NCBI GenBank assembly: GCA_051747805.1
Contig: JBNJGP010000003.1
Span: forward strand, 1 to 62,778
Direction: 5' to 3'
Origin: Candidatus Muiribacteriota bacterium
GTDB taxonomy: Bacteria > Muiribacteriota > Muiribacteriia > Muiribacteriales > Muiribacteriaceae
DNA length: 62,778 nucleotides
How positions within the stretch are numbered: position 1 is the first letter of the stretch; each line of letters opens with the position of its first letter. A program made the position numbers and the translations under genes. Of this stretch, positions 50,337-60,030 are shown in pieces. The notes below the pieces were generated by a model. The model saw only the letters and a program-made list of their open reading frames with translations. It made no database searches and was not told the origin of the DNA.

Positions 50337-50882
50337 CTACCTCCCGATTTTATTTAACCCTTTTTTTATTTCATTTTTAAGCGCCTTGCTTATTTCTGAT
50401 GTATTTACAGGTATATCTTCAAGTATTTTTTTCCATTCTCTAATATCAAGTGAAAACGAACCTTTCTCTGTACTGTAATTAAAAAGAAAATTTATTTCCG
50501 GATTCAGTACAATTAAGGAATGAAACAAAGAACCTATATCACCTAAAGGCGGTCTGTCAATATGTGAGTGTTTTAATTTTAAAATTATTTCTGTCCCCTT
50601 TCCTATTTGGGAATTAACAGCCAAATCACCCTCGCACATATCAGCAATTTGTTTAGCAAAAGGAATTCCCAGCCCTACTTTCCTAGTTGTTCTAGTTGTA
50701 GTAAAAGGGTTTGTGATTTGTTTCACAAACATGGACGTCATTCCCTTACCATTATCTTCAATAATCAAAGTCAGTATATCACTTTTAATATTTTCGTCAA
50801 GCTGAATTTTTACAAAATCGGCCTCTGCCCGTATGCAGTTTTCGGCAAGATCAAGAATTGTTAACGATAAGTCAGGCATCAT
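50337..50882 (-). CDS. HATPase_c (histidine-kinase-like ATPase) domain protein of hydrogenase loci
   Basis: LTILDLAENCIRA (N box), EDNGKGM (G1), TTRTTRKVGLGIP (G2), HIDRPPLG. Confidence 0.85.
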   Translation of the reverse strand: MMPDLSLTILDLAENCIRAEADFVKIQLDENIKSDILTLIIEDNGKGMTSMFVKQITNPFTTTRTTRKVGLGIPFAKQIADMCEGDLAVNSQIGKGTEIILKLKHSHIDRPPLGDIGSLFHSLIVLNPEINFLFNYSTEKGSFSLDIREWKKILEDIPVNTSEISKALKNEIKKGLNKIGR

Positions 50883-51603
50883 AATAATTGTCTCCTCCAG
50901 AAAAACACCCCTTTTTTAAGGCTTTAAATATTTTTTCTATATTATTCCGGGCTTTAATAAAAAAATACCGGCGACCTATATCTTCAATGGTATGGGCATC
51001 TGAATTAGTTATTGTATTCAAATCATAATGCTCATTTTTCGTAATTTCAAATATTTTGTCTTTATACGAATCGGGAATAAACCCCAGATTAGCAATTAGG
51101 GAATTATACGCCTTATCAATATGCGAAAAAATTATTATTCCATTTCTTTTTTCTGTAAAATTTATAAGTTCCTCTATAGAAAGGGAGGCCTGATTTAAAA
51201 ATTTTTTTTCCATTCTCAAAATATTTTCTTTGTCATCTAAAACTATTTGATAACCTTGTTTTTGTTCATTTATTTCTATATCAAGTAATCTTTTATATAT
51301 CTTAGAGGATAATTCCTCTGCATCCTCAATATTTTTAAATAGAGATAAAACATGAATTTCCTCAGCTGTTGTAACTTCAATACCGGGTATAACTGTAATT
51401 TCTTCTTTTTCAGCAACTTTAACAAAAGCGCGACAGTTCAAACAAGAATTATGGTCAGTTATAGAAACAACCTTTATATTATGCTGTTTTAATTTTTGAA
51501 CAATTTTTTTTGGTCCCATATCAAGGCTACTACAGTTTGATAAAACACTATGAATATGTAAATCAGCTTTTAAAAGTTCTTTTTTATCTGAGGCCTGCAT
51601 CAT
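50872..51603 (-). CDS. PHP domain phosphoesterase
   Basis: DLHIHS, TDHN, GIEVTT.EEIH, SHID, NSDAH; start likely ATG at 51603 or 51600. Confidence 0.87.
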   Translation of the reverse strand: MMQASDKKELLKADLHIHSVLSNCSSLDMGPKKIVQKLKQHNIKVVSITDHNSCLNCRAFVKVAEKEEITVIPGIEVTTAEEIHVLSLFKNIEDAEELSSKIYKRLLDIEINEQKQGYQIVLDDKENILRMEKKFLNQASLSIEELINFTEKRNGIIIFSHIDKAYNSLIANLGFIPDSYKDKIFEITKNEHYDLNTITNSDAHTIEDIGRRYFFIKARNNIEKIFKALKKGCFSGGDNYYDA

Positions 51604-51919
51604 ATAATAAGCCAGCTGTTTCAAATGCATTTTTTTTGGTAGAACAAATTATAACATCTTCTTCCCGGGCTTTTTGAACTGTTTTTTTATCAGGTTTTCT
51701 ACCATTAACAAGAATTATAAGGGCAATTTCCTTTAACGAGGCAACGGCTATTGTATTTTCATGGGCTAATATTGTAATAAGAACACTATTTTCTCCAATA
51801 TTTGCCATAACATCAGAAAGCATGTCTGAAACATATCCTGAACTTATTTCTTTATTTTCTGGCGGCTCTCCAGTTAAAACATCAAGGTTTATAATATTTT
51901 TAATCTCTTCAAATGTCAT
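51584..51919 (-). CDS. DRTGG domain protein
   Basis: GYVSDMLSDVMA, ITILAHENTIAVA, IILVNG. Confidence 0.85.
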   Translation of the reverse strand: MTFEEIKNIINLDVLTGEPPENKEISSGYVSDMLSDVMANIGENSVLITILAHENTIAVASLKEIALIILVNGRKPDKKTVQKAREEDVIICSTKKNAFETAGLLYDAGLR

Positions 51920-53232
51920 TTTTTATCTCCTTTTTTGTTTGACATATCTGATAAATCATTTTTAATATTTTTAATTTTTTCCCTTAATATAAATATACAG
52001 TCATATTTACTTGCCTTGCCTTCTACAATAATATCCTCAGCAAGGGCCCTGCATGTAGGACAGCCACATATACCACAATCAATTCCGGGAAATTCCTCCA
52101 TAAGTTTTTCAATATTTTCGGCTTTTTCCAGTGCTTTTCCAAAATCTTTATCCAGTTTATTTAAATTCCTGGGCTCAGGCTTTTTTTCAAGCAGAAAAAA
52201 ATCCATATCAAGCTCTTTCATATGTTTTTTAGCTTTAAAAGAACCGTTTTTAAAGTGTTTACCAAGCTGCTGAAGGCGAATTTTTGCAAGAAACTTGTCT
52301 ATAGGAGCAAGCACGCCTCCGACACAGCCAGGTACGCAGGCCTGCGCCTCAATAAACTCAAGTGAATTAAATTCTTTAGACCCAATATTTTCAAAAAAAG
52401 AGATAATGTTATGAATACCGGCTACAGCAACTTTCTTTTTGGTTTTTACCGATTTTATTTCACCCTCGTGCACACCCCAGATTATACCAGTGTTTCCCGC
52501 ATGTTCATATTCTTTAATTTCCTTTAAGTTTGTTAATTTGGCCATTACCCTGTCATATACTTCAGTCATAGATAAAGCCCCGTCAACAGGAGACTTTTCT
52601 TTACACTCAGGCTGTTTTACCGCGGTTACTTTAGCAGGACAGGGCGAAATAAAAAAAACACCAACTTCATCTGGCGAAAGTCCCTCTTTCTCATATAAAA
52701 GTTTTTTTGCCAGTTTTGCCGCAATATCCATTGGTGGTTCAAGAAGCATAATATTATCAACATATTCTGGAAACCTGGTTAATATTAGCCTGACAACTGC
52801 GGGGCAGGCCGATGATATTAGAGGTTTTTTTACAGATTTTTTTAAATATTTTTCTGTTGCAAGAACTACGAGTTCGGCAGCTGCCGCAACCTCAAATATA
52901 TACTGAAAACCAATTACATTAAGGGCGGTATAGATTTTATCCAGAGTAATTTTTTCATAATCAAACTGTGCCATAAAAGAGGGGGCAGGAAGAGCAACTC
53001 TGTATTTATATTCAAAAATCGAATCCACAGGTTCAGTAAGAGCATATTTTGCGTTATTCGGGCAAGTTCTAATACACTCGCCACAATCAATACATTTTTC
53101 TTCAAAAATTTTTGCCTTATCATCATAAACCCTTATTGCCTCGGTTGGACACGTTCTTATACAATGAGTACATCCTTTACACTCATCTTCCTTTAGTCTA
53201 ACTGAATGAAAGTATTTTTTTGCCTCCGCCAT
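51916..53232 (-). CDS. Putative sensory [FeFe]-hydrogenase-like protein (group D/HydS-like)
   Basis: N-terminal 2x[4Fe-4S]; altered H-domain motifs ISSACPAV, ISPCPAK, EAQACVPGCVGG; C-terminal DCGICGCPTC...C FeS domain. Confidence 0.82.
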   Translation of the reverse strand: MAEAKKYFHSVRLKEDECKGCTHCIRTCPTEAIRVYDDKAKIFEEKCIDCGECIRTCPNNAKYALTEPVDSIFEYKYRVALPAPSFMAQFDYEKITLDKIYTALNVIGFQYIFEVAAAAELVVLATEKYLKKSVKKPLISSACPAVVRLILTRFPEYVDNIMLLEPPMDIAAKLAKKLLYEKEGLSPDEVGVFFISPCPAKVTAVKQPECKEKSPVDGALSMTEVYDRVMAKLTNLKEIKEYEHAGNTGIIWGVHEGEIKSVKTKKKVAVAGIHNIISFFENIGSKEFNSLEFIEAQACVPGCVGGVLAPIDKFLAKIRLQQLGKHFKNGSFKAKKHMKELDMDFFLLEKKPEPRNLNKLDKDFGKALEKAENIEKLMEEFPGIDCGICGCPTCRALAEDIIVEGKASKYDCIFILREKIKNIKNDLSDMSNKKGDKK

Positions 53233-53242
53233 TTAACTCCCC

Positions 53243-53662
53243 TTAATTAAACTTAATTTTAATTTCAAGTCTGGTTCCTTTATCGACTTCTGTTTTTATA
53301 TCAAAAAAATCTGTGTTTCTTTTTATATTTGGCAGACCCATACCGGCTCCAAACCCCATTTCTCTAACTTTCTGAGATGCAGTAGAAAAACCTTCCTGCA
53401 TCGCCTTATCAATATCAGGTATTCCGGGACCTTCATCCTCAGCTTTTATTGTTATTTCGGCGGGACTTATAATCACCTCCATAACTCCTTTAAAAGCATG
53501 CGCAACAATATTTATTTCTGATTCATACATCGCAATTGCTACTTTCTTAATAACGTTTGCGGGTATTCCTATTTTTTTTAATAATTTTTTTACCTCTGAT
53601 GAGGCAAGACCGGCTTCAGAAAAGTTGCCGCCCTCAATATTAAAAGTTTTTGTTATGCTCAT
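53243..53662 (-). CDS. Anti-sigma-factor-type Ser/Thr kinase (RsbT/RsbW-like)
   Basis: YESEINIVAHA, DEGPGIPDI..AMQEGFST, GAGMGLPNIKR. Confidence 0.88.
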   Translation of the reverse strand: MSITKTFNIEGGNFSEAGLASSEVKKLLKKIGIPANVIKKVAIAMYESEINIVAHAFKGVMEVIISPAEITIKAEDEGPGIPDIDKAMQEGFSTASQKVREMGFGAGMGLPNIKRNTDFFDIKTEVDKGTRLEIKIKFN

Positions 53663-53686
53663 TTTCTATTTCCCTGAATTAATTTT

Positions 53687-54034
53687 TTAAAATTTTTTTT
53701 TAAAAGAACTGTATATTTTACCGGCAGCTGAAAAGAGAGAATCCTTCGTTCTAAGCAAAGTTATTCCTGAATCATGAGCGAGTTCAACAAGCTTTTCATC
53801 AACAAACTTTCCTCTGACAATAATCACAACTTTTATATCAACCATCTCAGCTGTTCTAATTGTCTGAGCATTTGATAATGCGGTAATTAAGGCTGTTTTA
53901 TCACCTTCATGAGTAAAAGCAAGTACATCACTCATTAACTCAGTGCAGCAAAAATCCTCAACCATGAAATCTGAATCATTTATTTCAGTTAAACATTCGG
54001 TATTTAAAATCTCTTCAATTTCTTTAATTTTCAT
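53687..54034 (-). CDS. DRTGG domain protein
   Basis: ELMSDVLAF, LITALSNAQTIRTAEM, IVRGK. Confidence 0.85.
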   Translation of the reverse strand: MKIKEIEEILNTECLTEINDSDFMVEDFCCTELMSDVLAFTHEGDKTALITALSNAQTIRTAEMVDIKVVIIVRGKFVDEKLVELAHDSGITLLRTKDSLFSAAGKIYSSFKKKF

Positions 54035-54075
54035 CTACAACTCCAGAATTATCTTTTCCTCTACTAAAAAAATAT

Positions 54076-55467
54076 TTAACAGTATATATCTCTTGTTCCT
54101 TCCTCAGTTCTTTTCAGCATATCAATAATTTTATTTTTTAATTTATCATCCTTAACTTTTTCCAGCTCACTTTTAATTAAAAATTCTCCAATTTTTTTAG
54201 TTTCTTCAGATGCATAATCAAGGAGATATTCTTTAAAAGTTACGAGGGCATTTGGATTACAGAAATGATGGATCAATCCAGGTTTAGTAATCTCCATAAA
54301 GTCAATACCTGTTCTTCCAAGCCTGTAACAGGAGGTGCAAAAAGAAGGAATAAAACCATTTTGTGCAAGTTCTTTTATAACTTCATCAAGTTCTCTATTA
54401 TCACCAACCGCAAACTGTTGCACGCTTTCGGGATTATTTTTAGCTTTTTCATAACCACCAGGCGAAGTTTTTGAACCCGCACTAATCTGAGATACTCCAA
54501 TATGAAGTAATTTTGCCCTCAGCTCGGGATTTTCCCTTGTAGATAAAATTAAGCCAGTATATGGGACTGCTAGTCGTAATATTGCAACTAATTTTATAAA
54601 CTCTTCATCTTCTACCGGATATGGAACCTCGGATGCTGCTGGTGCATTTAAGGCAGGCTCAATACGCGGTATTGAAATTGTGTGGGGACCTATGCCTATT
54701 TTTTCCTCAAGATGCTGGCAATGTTTTAACAATGCCAGAGTTTCGAACTTATGCTCATAAAGCCCGAATAAAACCCCTGCTCCCAAATCATCTATTCCTG
54801 CCTCATATGCTTTTTCAAAGGCTGTTATTCTTTTATTATAATCAGATTTAGGTCCGACAGGATGCATTTTTTTATACGTTTCTTTATGATAAGTTTCCTG
54901 AAACATCTGATATGTACCTATATTAGCTCCTTTAATTTTTTTAAAGTCTTCAACTTCAAGAGGCGCCACATTAACATTTATCCGCCTTATATTCTCTTTT
55001 TCAGTTCCTGCAGAATAAACTGCCTCAACTGCTTTTGATACAAAGTCAGGGTTAGCGTATTCTGGATGTTCTCCGCAAACTAAAAGAATACGTTTCTGGC
55101 CCTGTTTTAAAAGAAGTTTTGTTTCTTCCTTAAGCTGATTAAGAGTAAGACTTTTTCTCTGAAGTGATTTATTTGATCTTCTGAAACCACAGTAAAGACA
55201 ATCATTTATACATTCATTAGTTACATAAAGAGGAGCAAAAATTACAATTCTATTGCCGTATATACTTTCTTTAAGCTTTTTTGCCGCTGTTTTGATTTCA
55301 ACAACCAGCCCGGGTTCTTTCACATTTAATAAAACTGCTGTTTCTTCAAGAGATAAACCTTTTTTATCAAGAGCTTTATTAATAATATTTCTAACCTGAT
55401 TGACAGTATAGTTTCGGGCTTTTTCGATAATCTCAAATATCTGTTTTTCATCAATTATTTCTGGCAT
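54076..55467 (-). CDS. hydG: [FeFe]-hydrogenase H-cluster radical SAM maturase HydG
   Basis: FAPLYVTNECINDCLYCGF (CX3CX2C), YQMFQETYH, SVP-like ISIPRIEPA, C-terminal FCTSCYR...C. Confidence 0.95.
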   Translation of the reverse strand: MPEIIDEKQIFEIIEKARNYTVNQVRNIINKALDKKGLSLEETAVLLNVKEPGLVVEIKTAAKKLKESIYGNRIVIFAPLYVTNECINDCLYCGFRRSNKSLQRKSLTLNQLKEETKLLLKQGQKRILLVCGEHPEYANPDFVSKAVEAVYSAGTEKENIRRINVNVAPLEVEDFKKIKGANIGTYQMFQETYHKETYKKMHPVGPKSDYNKRITAFEKAYEAGIDDLGAGVLFGLYEHKFETLALLKHCQHLEEKIGIGPHTISIPRIEPALNAPAASEVPYPVEDEEFIKLVAILRLAVPYTGLILSTRENPELRAKLLHIGVSQISAGSKTSPGGYEKAKNNPESVQQFAVGDNRELDEVIKELAQNGFIPSFCTSCYRLGRTGIDFMEITKPGLIHHFCNPNALVTFKEYLLDYASEETKKIGEFLIKSELEKVKDDKLKNKIIDMLKRTEEGTRDIYC

Positions 55468-55570
55468 ATATACTCCTCAGCAGCAATTCTAAATTCAAGA
55501 AAAATACTTTATTTTCAGAATTACTGGCTCTTATATAAAAATCTTTACTCTTTATATTAATTACTATATC

Positions 55571-56074
55571 ATGTTTTACATGAAATTCCAGCATTTTTTG
55601 AAAAAAATAAACATAAACAGGCTTTTCAGATATATGAAGCATAGATTATGTCGTCATAAAGCCACAACGGAAGATCTTGCCGCAAGCTTTTCACTGGGAG
55701 TTTTTATTGGAATGATGCCGACATTCGGATTTGCCCTTATTCTGTCAATTCTTGCCGCCGTTTTTTTGAAACTTCCTAAAGCAATGTGTTTTCTTGGAAC
55801 CTTTATAGCAAATCCATGGACTACTCCGTTATTTTACACAATAAGCTGGAAACTGGGGAATTATTTTTTCCAACTGGATATTAATGAAGTATTTGTCGGT
55901 TTTACAATAAGAGATGTTCTTCCACTGCATATTTTTTTAATACAGCTTCTCCAGCTGTACAAACCTTTAATACTGGGAGGGCTTATAATAAGTATTCCAA
56001 CATCAGTTGTAATTTATTATATTGTGCTTTTGACAATCAGAAAATATAAAAAAATACGAAAATCCAAATTTTAA
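55571..56074 (+). CDS. DUF2062 domain membrane protein
   Basis: LAASFSLGVFIGMMP.FG, GTFIANPWT.PLFY...WKLG. Confidence 0.85.
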   Translation: MFYMKFQHFLKKININRLFRYMKHRLCRHKATTEDLAASFSLGVFIGMMPTFGFALILSILAAVFLKLPKAMCFLGTFIANPWTTPLFYTISWKLGNYFFQLDINEVFVGFTIRDVLPLHIFLIQLLQLYKPLILGGLIISIPTSVVIYYIVLLTIRKYKKIRKSKF

Positions 56075-56077
56075 ACA

Positions 56078-56635
56078 CTATTCAACTGAAAGAGGCTTTT
56101 TTTCTCTGCATAAATCACATTTTTCAGGTGCAAAAACTGGCAGTCTTAAAGCCAGTAGATGTTTAATCTCAGGCTTAATTTTAAGCTTTTTTACTGCCCT
56201 GTCAACAATACAGGCAACACCAGTTACCTTGCCCCCGACCTCTTTTACTTTTTTCATGACAGCTTTGATATTTTTCCCGGTATTTATAACATCATCTACA
56301 ATTAAAACATTTTCACCTGAAAATATTTTAAACCCACTTTTCAAAAACATGGCATCTCCTGCCGGCTCCATATATATGTGTCTAATCTCAAGTTTTTTAG
56401 CAATTTCCTGCCCTAATACAACTCCAGAAACCGCTGGTGATATAACTACGTCAATTTTTTCTTCAAAATATTTTGAAGAAAGTTGTTCGGCAAAATCCGA
56501 TACTATATCTGGATGTTGTAAGGCAACAGGCATTCTAATATAAAGCGGGGTATGTTTTCCATCTTTTAACTCAAAATGACCTTCCGTTATTGCGTCCATA
56601 TTTGTAAGAAGCGCGAGTACAGCTTCATCCTGCAT
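56078..56635 (-). CDS. pyrE: Orotate phosphoribosyltransferase
   Basis: GHFELKDGKH, SPAVSG, LIVDDVINTG PRPP motif, VDR; follows pyrF. Confidence 0.9.
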   Translation of the reverse strand: MQDEAVLALLTNMDAITEGHFELKDGKHTPLYIRMPVALQHPDIVSDFAEQLSSKYFEEKIDVVISPAVSGVVLGQEIAKKLEIRHIYMEPAGDAMFLKSGFKIFSGENVLIVDDVINTGKNIKAVMKKVKEVGGKVTGVACIVDRAVKKLKIKPEIKHLLALRLPVFAPEKCDLCREKKPLSVE

Positions 56636-57326
56636 GATTTTCCTCCATCTGATTTCTTATATCAATTAAGGCTTTTACTGGATCAGGTGCTAATCTGACA
56701 GGGCGTCCTAAAATCAGAAAATCTGCCCCGTTTTTAACAGCCTCTTCAGGAGTTGCTACTCTTTTCTGATCATTATTAGCTGAACCAGCCGGTCTGATAC
56801 CAGGAACTACCGTAATAAAATTCCTTCCCAATTTATTTTTAATTACTTTTACCTCTCCTGGCGAGCATACAACACCATCCATACCTGATTCCCGGGCTAA
56901 ACAGGCAAGCTTTAAAACCTGATTATTAATATCATTACTTTTAAAGCCTGTTTCATCAAGTGTATTTTTATTCATACTAGTCAGCATTGTAACAGCAATT
57001 ATTTTAATTTTTTCATTTTTTCCCCTGACACTTTTAACCACATTTTTCATGGCTTCAGACCCTGCAAGCGCATGCATGTTAAACATAAAAACATTTAAAC
57101 CTGATATTTTTTGTGAGGCTTTTAAAATAGTATTTGGTATATCGTGGAACTTAAGGTCAAGAAAAACTTTCCCGAAATCAGAAACTTTATCTACTATTTC
57201 AGGTCCTTCTGCACAAAAAAGCTCTAAACCAATTTTAAATCCATCAGCATAATTTCTTATTCTGTATGCAAAATCAAGAGCCTTTTTACCATTATTCATA
57301 TCAAGGGCAACAAAAATTTCAGCCAT
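56625..57326 (-). CDS. pyrF: Orotidine-5'-phosphate decarboxylase
   Basis: VALD, FKIGLELF, FLDLKFHDIPNT, AVTMLTS, VPGIRP, LGRPV. Confidence 0.97.
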   Translation of the reverse strand: MAEIFVALDMNNGKKALDFAYRIRNYADGFKIGLELFCAEGPEIVDKVSDFGKVFLDLKFHDIPNTILKASQKISGLNVFMFNMHALAGSEAMKNVVKSVRGKNEKIKIIAVTMLTSMNKNTLDETGFKSNDINNQVLKLACLARESGMDGVVCSPGEVKVIKNKLGRNFITVVPGIRPAGSANNDQKRVATPEEAVKNGADFLILGRPVRLAPDPVKALIDIRNQMEENHAG

Positions 57327-57391
57327 TTATGCCTCGCTTAATTAATTTTTCACAAAAACAACTTTATACTTTTTATCTTTTTTTTTCAAAT

Positions 57392-57420
57392 AAAAAAAAA
57401 CTGCCCAGAGGACAGTTTTT
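57392..57420 (-). terminator. Rho-independent terminator after pilQ
   Basis: Minus strand AAAACTGTCC-TCT-GGGCAGTTTT followed by a long T-run; T-runs on both sides suggest it is bidirectional. Confidence 0.65.
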
Positions 57421-57459
57421 TTATTTATCTTATCTTAAACTAAATATTATCTCTATATA

Positions 57460-58701
57460 TTAACCTTCAACCCTTTTGATTATTCTTGGTGTCATCAGAA
57501 TAATTAACTCACTTGCATTAGTTGTTGTTCTTTTGTTTGAAAAGAACTGTCTAAAAAATGGTATATCTCCAAGAACAGGAACTTTTGATTCAACAATATC
57601 ATCAGTTTCCTGAATAAGGCCACCAATTAAAATTTCCTCACCATCTTTCACAGTAACTGTTGTTTTAGCATATCTTCTCTTAATTACAGGATAATCAGAA
57701 ACCTGACTTCCTCCACCCGGTCTTACAAACTGAGCATCAGAAACTTCTGGTTCAACATCAAGAGTTATAAAATCACTTTGGTTAATTCGTGGAACAACTG
57801 TCAAAACAACACCTGTATCCTTTTCCTGAGGCGGCTGATTTACACCACCGGTATATATTACCTTATCACCTACCTGAACCTTAGCCTCTATTCCATTGCT
57901 TGCAATAATTTTTGGATTAGAAAGAATTTTTGAATCTGTTAACGAAGCACTTGCATTTAACACAGCCTCAAAGTATGAACTTTCTCTGAAAAAATCCCCC
58001 ATTGCAAATCCAGGTGCTTTATCACCAATCTGACTGGAATAAGAACCACCCAGCGGCTGTTGTTTGAACATTTCGCTGAAAGTTGCAATTGTGCCATCAG
58101 CTTCTCCACCACTTCCCCAGCCCCAGTTCATTCCAAGGTTTCTTGTATTATCTGTTGTTACTTCTACAACTTTCGCCTCTATCATAACCTGAGGAACCGG
58201 AACATCAAGTGTTGCAACCAGATCATCAATCTGCGCCATAACCTGTGAACTTCCTGTAACAATAATAGTGTTTATTCTATCATCGGCAGTTACTTCAATC
58301 TGCTCATCCTGACCCTGAAAAATATTCTGTAATATACCCGCTATTTCTGCTGCTTTAGCATTCTGCAGACCAAAAGTTTTATTAAATCCAACATCAAAAC
58401 CCTCGGATATCCTTTTTGCCTCACCAACAATATATGTATTATCAACTTTTCTCATTGTATAACCATTAGTTTTAGCTATAAGCTCCAAGGCTTTTTCATA
58501 ATAAACATCTTTTAAATCCAGTGTTACATTACCAGTAACTCCCCTTTCGGTAATAAGATTAACTCCCGCCGCAGTAGCAATACCTTTAAGAACTTCTTTA
58601 ATGTCCCTGTCTATAACATTAAAAGAAACATACTCACTCTGAGCCATAACCCCGGTAACAAGAAACACTACTACAAATAGTGCTGTAATTATTTTTTTCA
58701 T
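57460..58701 (-). CDS. pilQ: Type IV pilus secretin PilQ (short form)
   Basis: Signal peptide, N0 (DIKEVLKGIA...AGVNLI...GNVTLDL), one N3 domain, PQVMIEAKVVEV, SNPKI, GEEILIGGLI, VPVLGDIP, ELIILMTPRI. Confidence 0.9.
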   Translation of the reverse strand: MKKIITALFVVVFLVTGVMAQSEYVSFNVIDRDIKEVLKGIATAAGVNLITERGVTGNVTLDLKDVYYEKALELIAKTNGYTMRKVDNTYIVGEAKRISEGFDVGFNKTFGLQNAKAAEIAGILQNIFQGQDEQIEVTADDRINTIIVTGSSQVMAQIDDLVATLDVPVPQVMIEAKVVEVTTDNTRNLGMNWGWGSGGEADGTIATFSEMFKQQPLGGSYSSQIGDKAPGFAMGDFFRESSYFEAVLNASASLTDSKILSNPKIIASNGIEAKVQVGDKVIYTGGVNQPPQEKDTGVVLTVVPRINQSDFITLDVEPEVSDAQFVRPGGGSQVSDYPVIKRRYAKTTVTVKDGEEILIGGLIQETDDIVESKVPVLGDIPFFRQFFSNKRTTTNASELIILMTPRIIKRVEG

Positions 58702-58708
58702 TTTTTAT

Positions 58709-59383
58709 TTACCTCCCTAACTCATATGTTTTTATTTCGCCCTGATGTAAAAAAGACAGAACTTGAATACTATTTGAATCTATACTTCTAACTCTAAAAT
58801 CAGAAATTTCATCGCCCTCAAACATTTCCATATATTTTCCTTCATATTCAAGCATTGCCATAGTTCTGGAACCTGCCTGAATTACGCCTACAAGAGTTAT
58901 ATCAAGCGGAGGTATTCTTTCAACTTCAGGTTCTTGATCCCTGGGTCTGGTTGGTTCAGGTCTCTCAGGTGCCTTTCTAACAATAAGTGGCTTAAAAGGG
59001 TCTTTATGACTATCATCATCTGACGGGTCATCATTAAAATATTTTACCCTCACCTTGGATGCTACCTCAAACTGAGACAGCTCAGCTTCACTTAAGTCAA
59101 AATCATCCGGATCCCTGTCACCAATATCCGTAGTTTGATTTCCTGCCTCAGAAGAATCTCCAGATTGCTCAGTTGGCTCCTCACCATTCTCATCAAAGAA
59201 ATCATCTCCAAAATCCCAGTCATCCTGAGCCATAATAAACTGTGAATAACCAAAAAACATTGTAAGAGATATGATGACAAAAAATGTAAACATTATAAAA
59301 GGTAATTTTCTCTTTTTCTTTACATATTTTATACCGTTGTTGGTAACAATTTTTGTTTTACCTTTATTTTTATCAGTCATCAT
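58709..59383 (-). CDS. PilP-like protein with TM anchor and long acidic linker
   Basis: Between pilO and pilQ; C-terminal KDPFKPL...LVGVI...AMLE...EGDEI pattern. Confidence 0.65.
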   Translation of the reverse strand: MMTDKNKGKTKIVTNNGIKYVKKKRKLPFIMFTFFVIISLTMFFGYSQFIMAQDDWDFGDDFFDENGEEPTEQSGDSSEAGNQTTDIGDRDPDDFDLSEAELSQFEVASKVRVKYFNDDPSDDDSHKDPFKPLIVRKAPERPEPTRPRDQEPEVERIPPLDITLVGVIQAGSRTMAMLEYEGKYMEMFEGDEISDFRVRSIDSNSIQVLSFLHQGEIKTYELGR

Positions 59384-59385
59384 AA

Positions 59386-60012
59386 TCACCACCTTCCGCC
59401 GGCACTTTTAAACATAAAAGAGCTGGCACTTAAGTCCATTGAAATTTTAACCCCATCATCGGATTCATCTATTGCGTCTCTTGCAGAAACTCCAGATCTT
59501 CCGGGTGTTCTTCCAGAAGAACCTGTGTCTTTGTAAGGACTTAATGAAAATCGGCCTTTTCTTGCATTTATTAATTTAAGATTTTCAAGTCTAGCCATCA
59601 TTCTTCCCATATTATGATAGGTACCCGTAAAATTAAAATCTACAGGTAGTTCATCATAGTATTCATATGAAAAAATCTTGCCCACCTGTATTTCATTAAA
59701 CTCAATTTCCGCCTGTTTTGAATAATTTCTTACAACCCTTATAAGGTCTGGAATACTCATGTCATCGGTTGTAATAACAGCTGTTTTTGTCATTTCATAT
59801 TCTTCCTGGGTTTTTTGCAGAATTTCCTGTTGTTCTGCAATCTCCTGTTCAATACGACCGCCTTCTTCCAGGTCTTTTCTTAATTTTACTTCTTCAGCAT
59901 TCAGCTCTTCCTGCTCCTGCTGCAGCGGGGTATATTCCATAAAATACCACCAGCCAAACATTCCGGTAAAAATCATTACAAAAACAATGAAAATTAAAAC
60001 CTTATCATTCAT
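59386..60012 (-). CDS. pilO: Type IV pilus alignment protein PilO
   Basis: TM, coiled coil, IPDLIR, YYDELPVDFNFTGTYHNMG. Confidence 0.85.
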   Translation of the reverse strand: MNDKVLIFIVFVMIFTGMFGWWYFMEYTPLQQEQEELNAEEVKLRKDLEEGGRIEQEIAEQQEILQKTQEEYEMTKTAVITTDDMSIPDLIRVVRNYSKQAEIEFNEIQVGKIFSYEYYDELPVDFNFTGTYHNMGRMMARLENLKLINARKGRFSLSPYKDTGSSGRTPGRSGVSARDAIDESDDGVKISMDLSASSFMFKSAGGRW

Positions 60013-60030
60013 ATTATTAACTCACCCCCG

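Noticed and set aside
51916-53232. Calling this a third catalytic hydrogenase or a Nar1-like protein
   Set aside because: H-cluster motifs are altered in the sensory group D manner, and it sits among kinase and phosphatase genes
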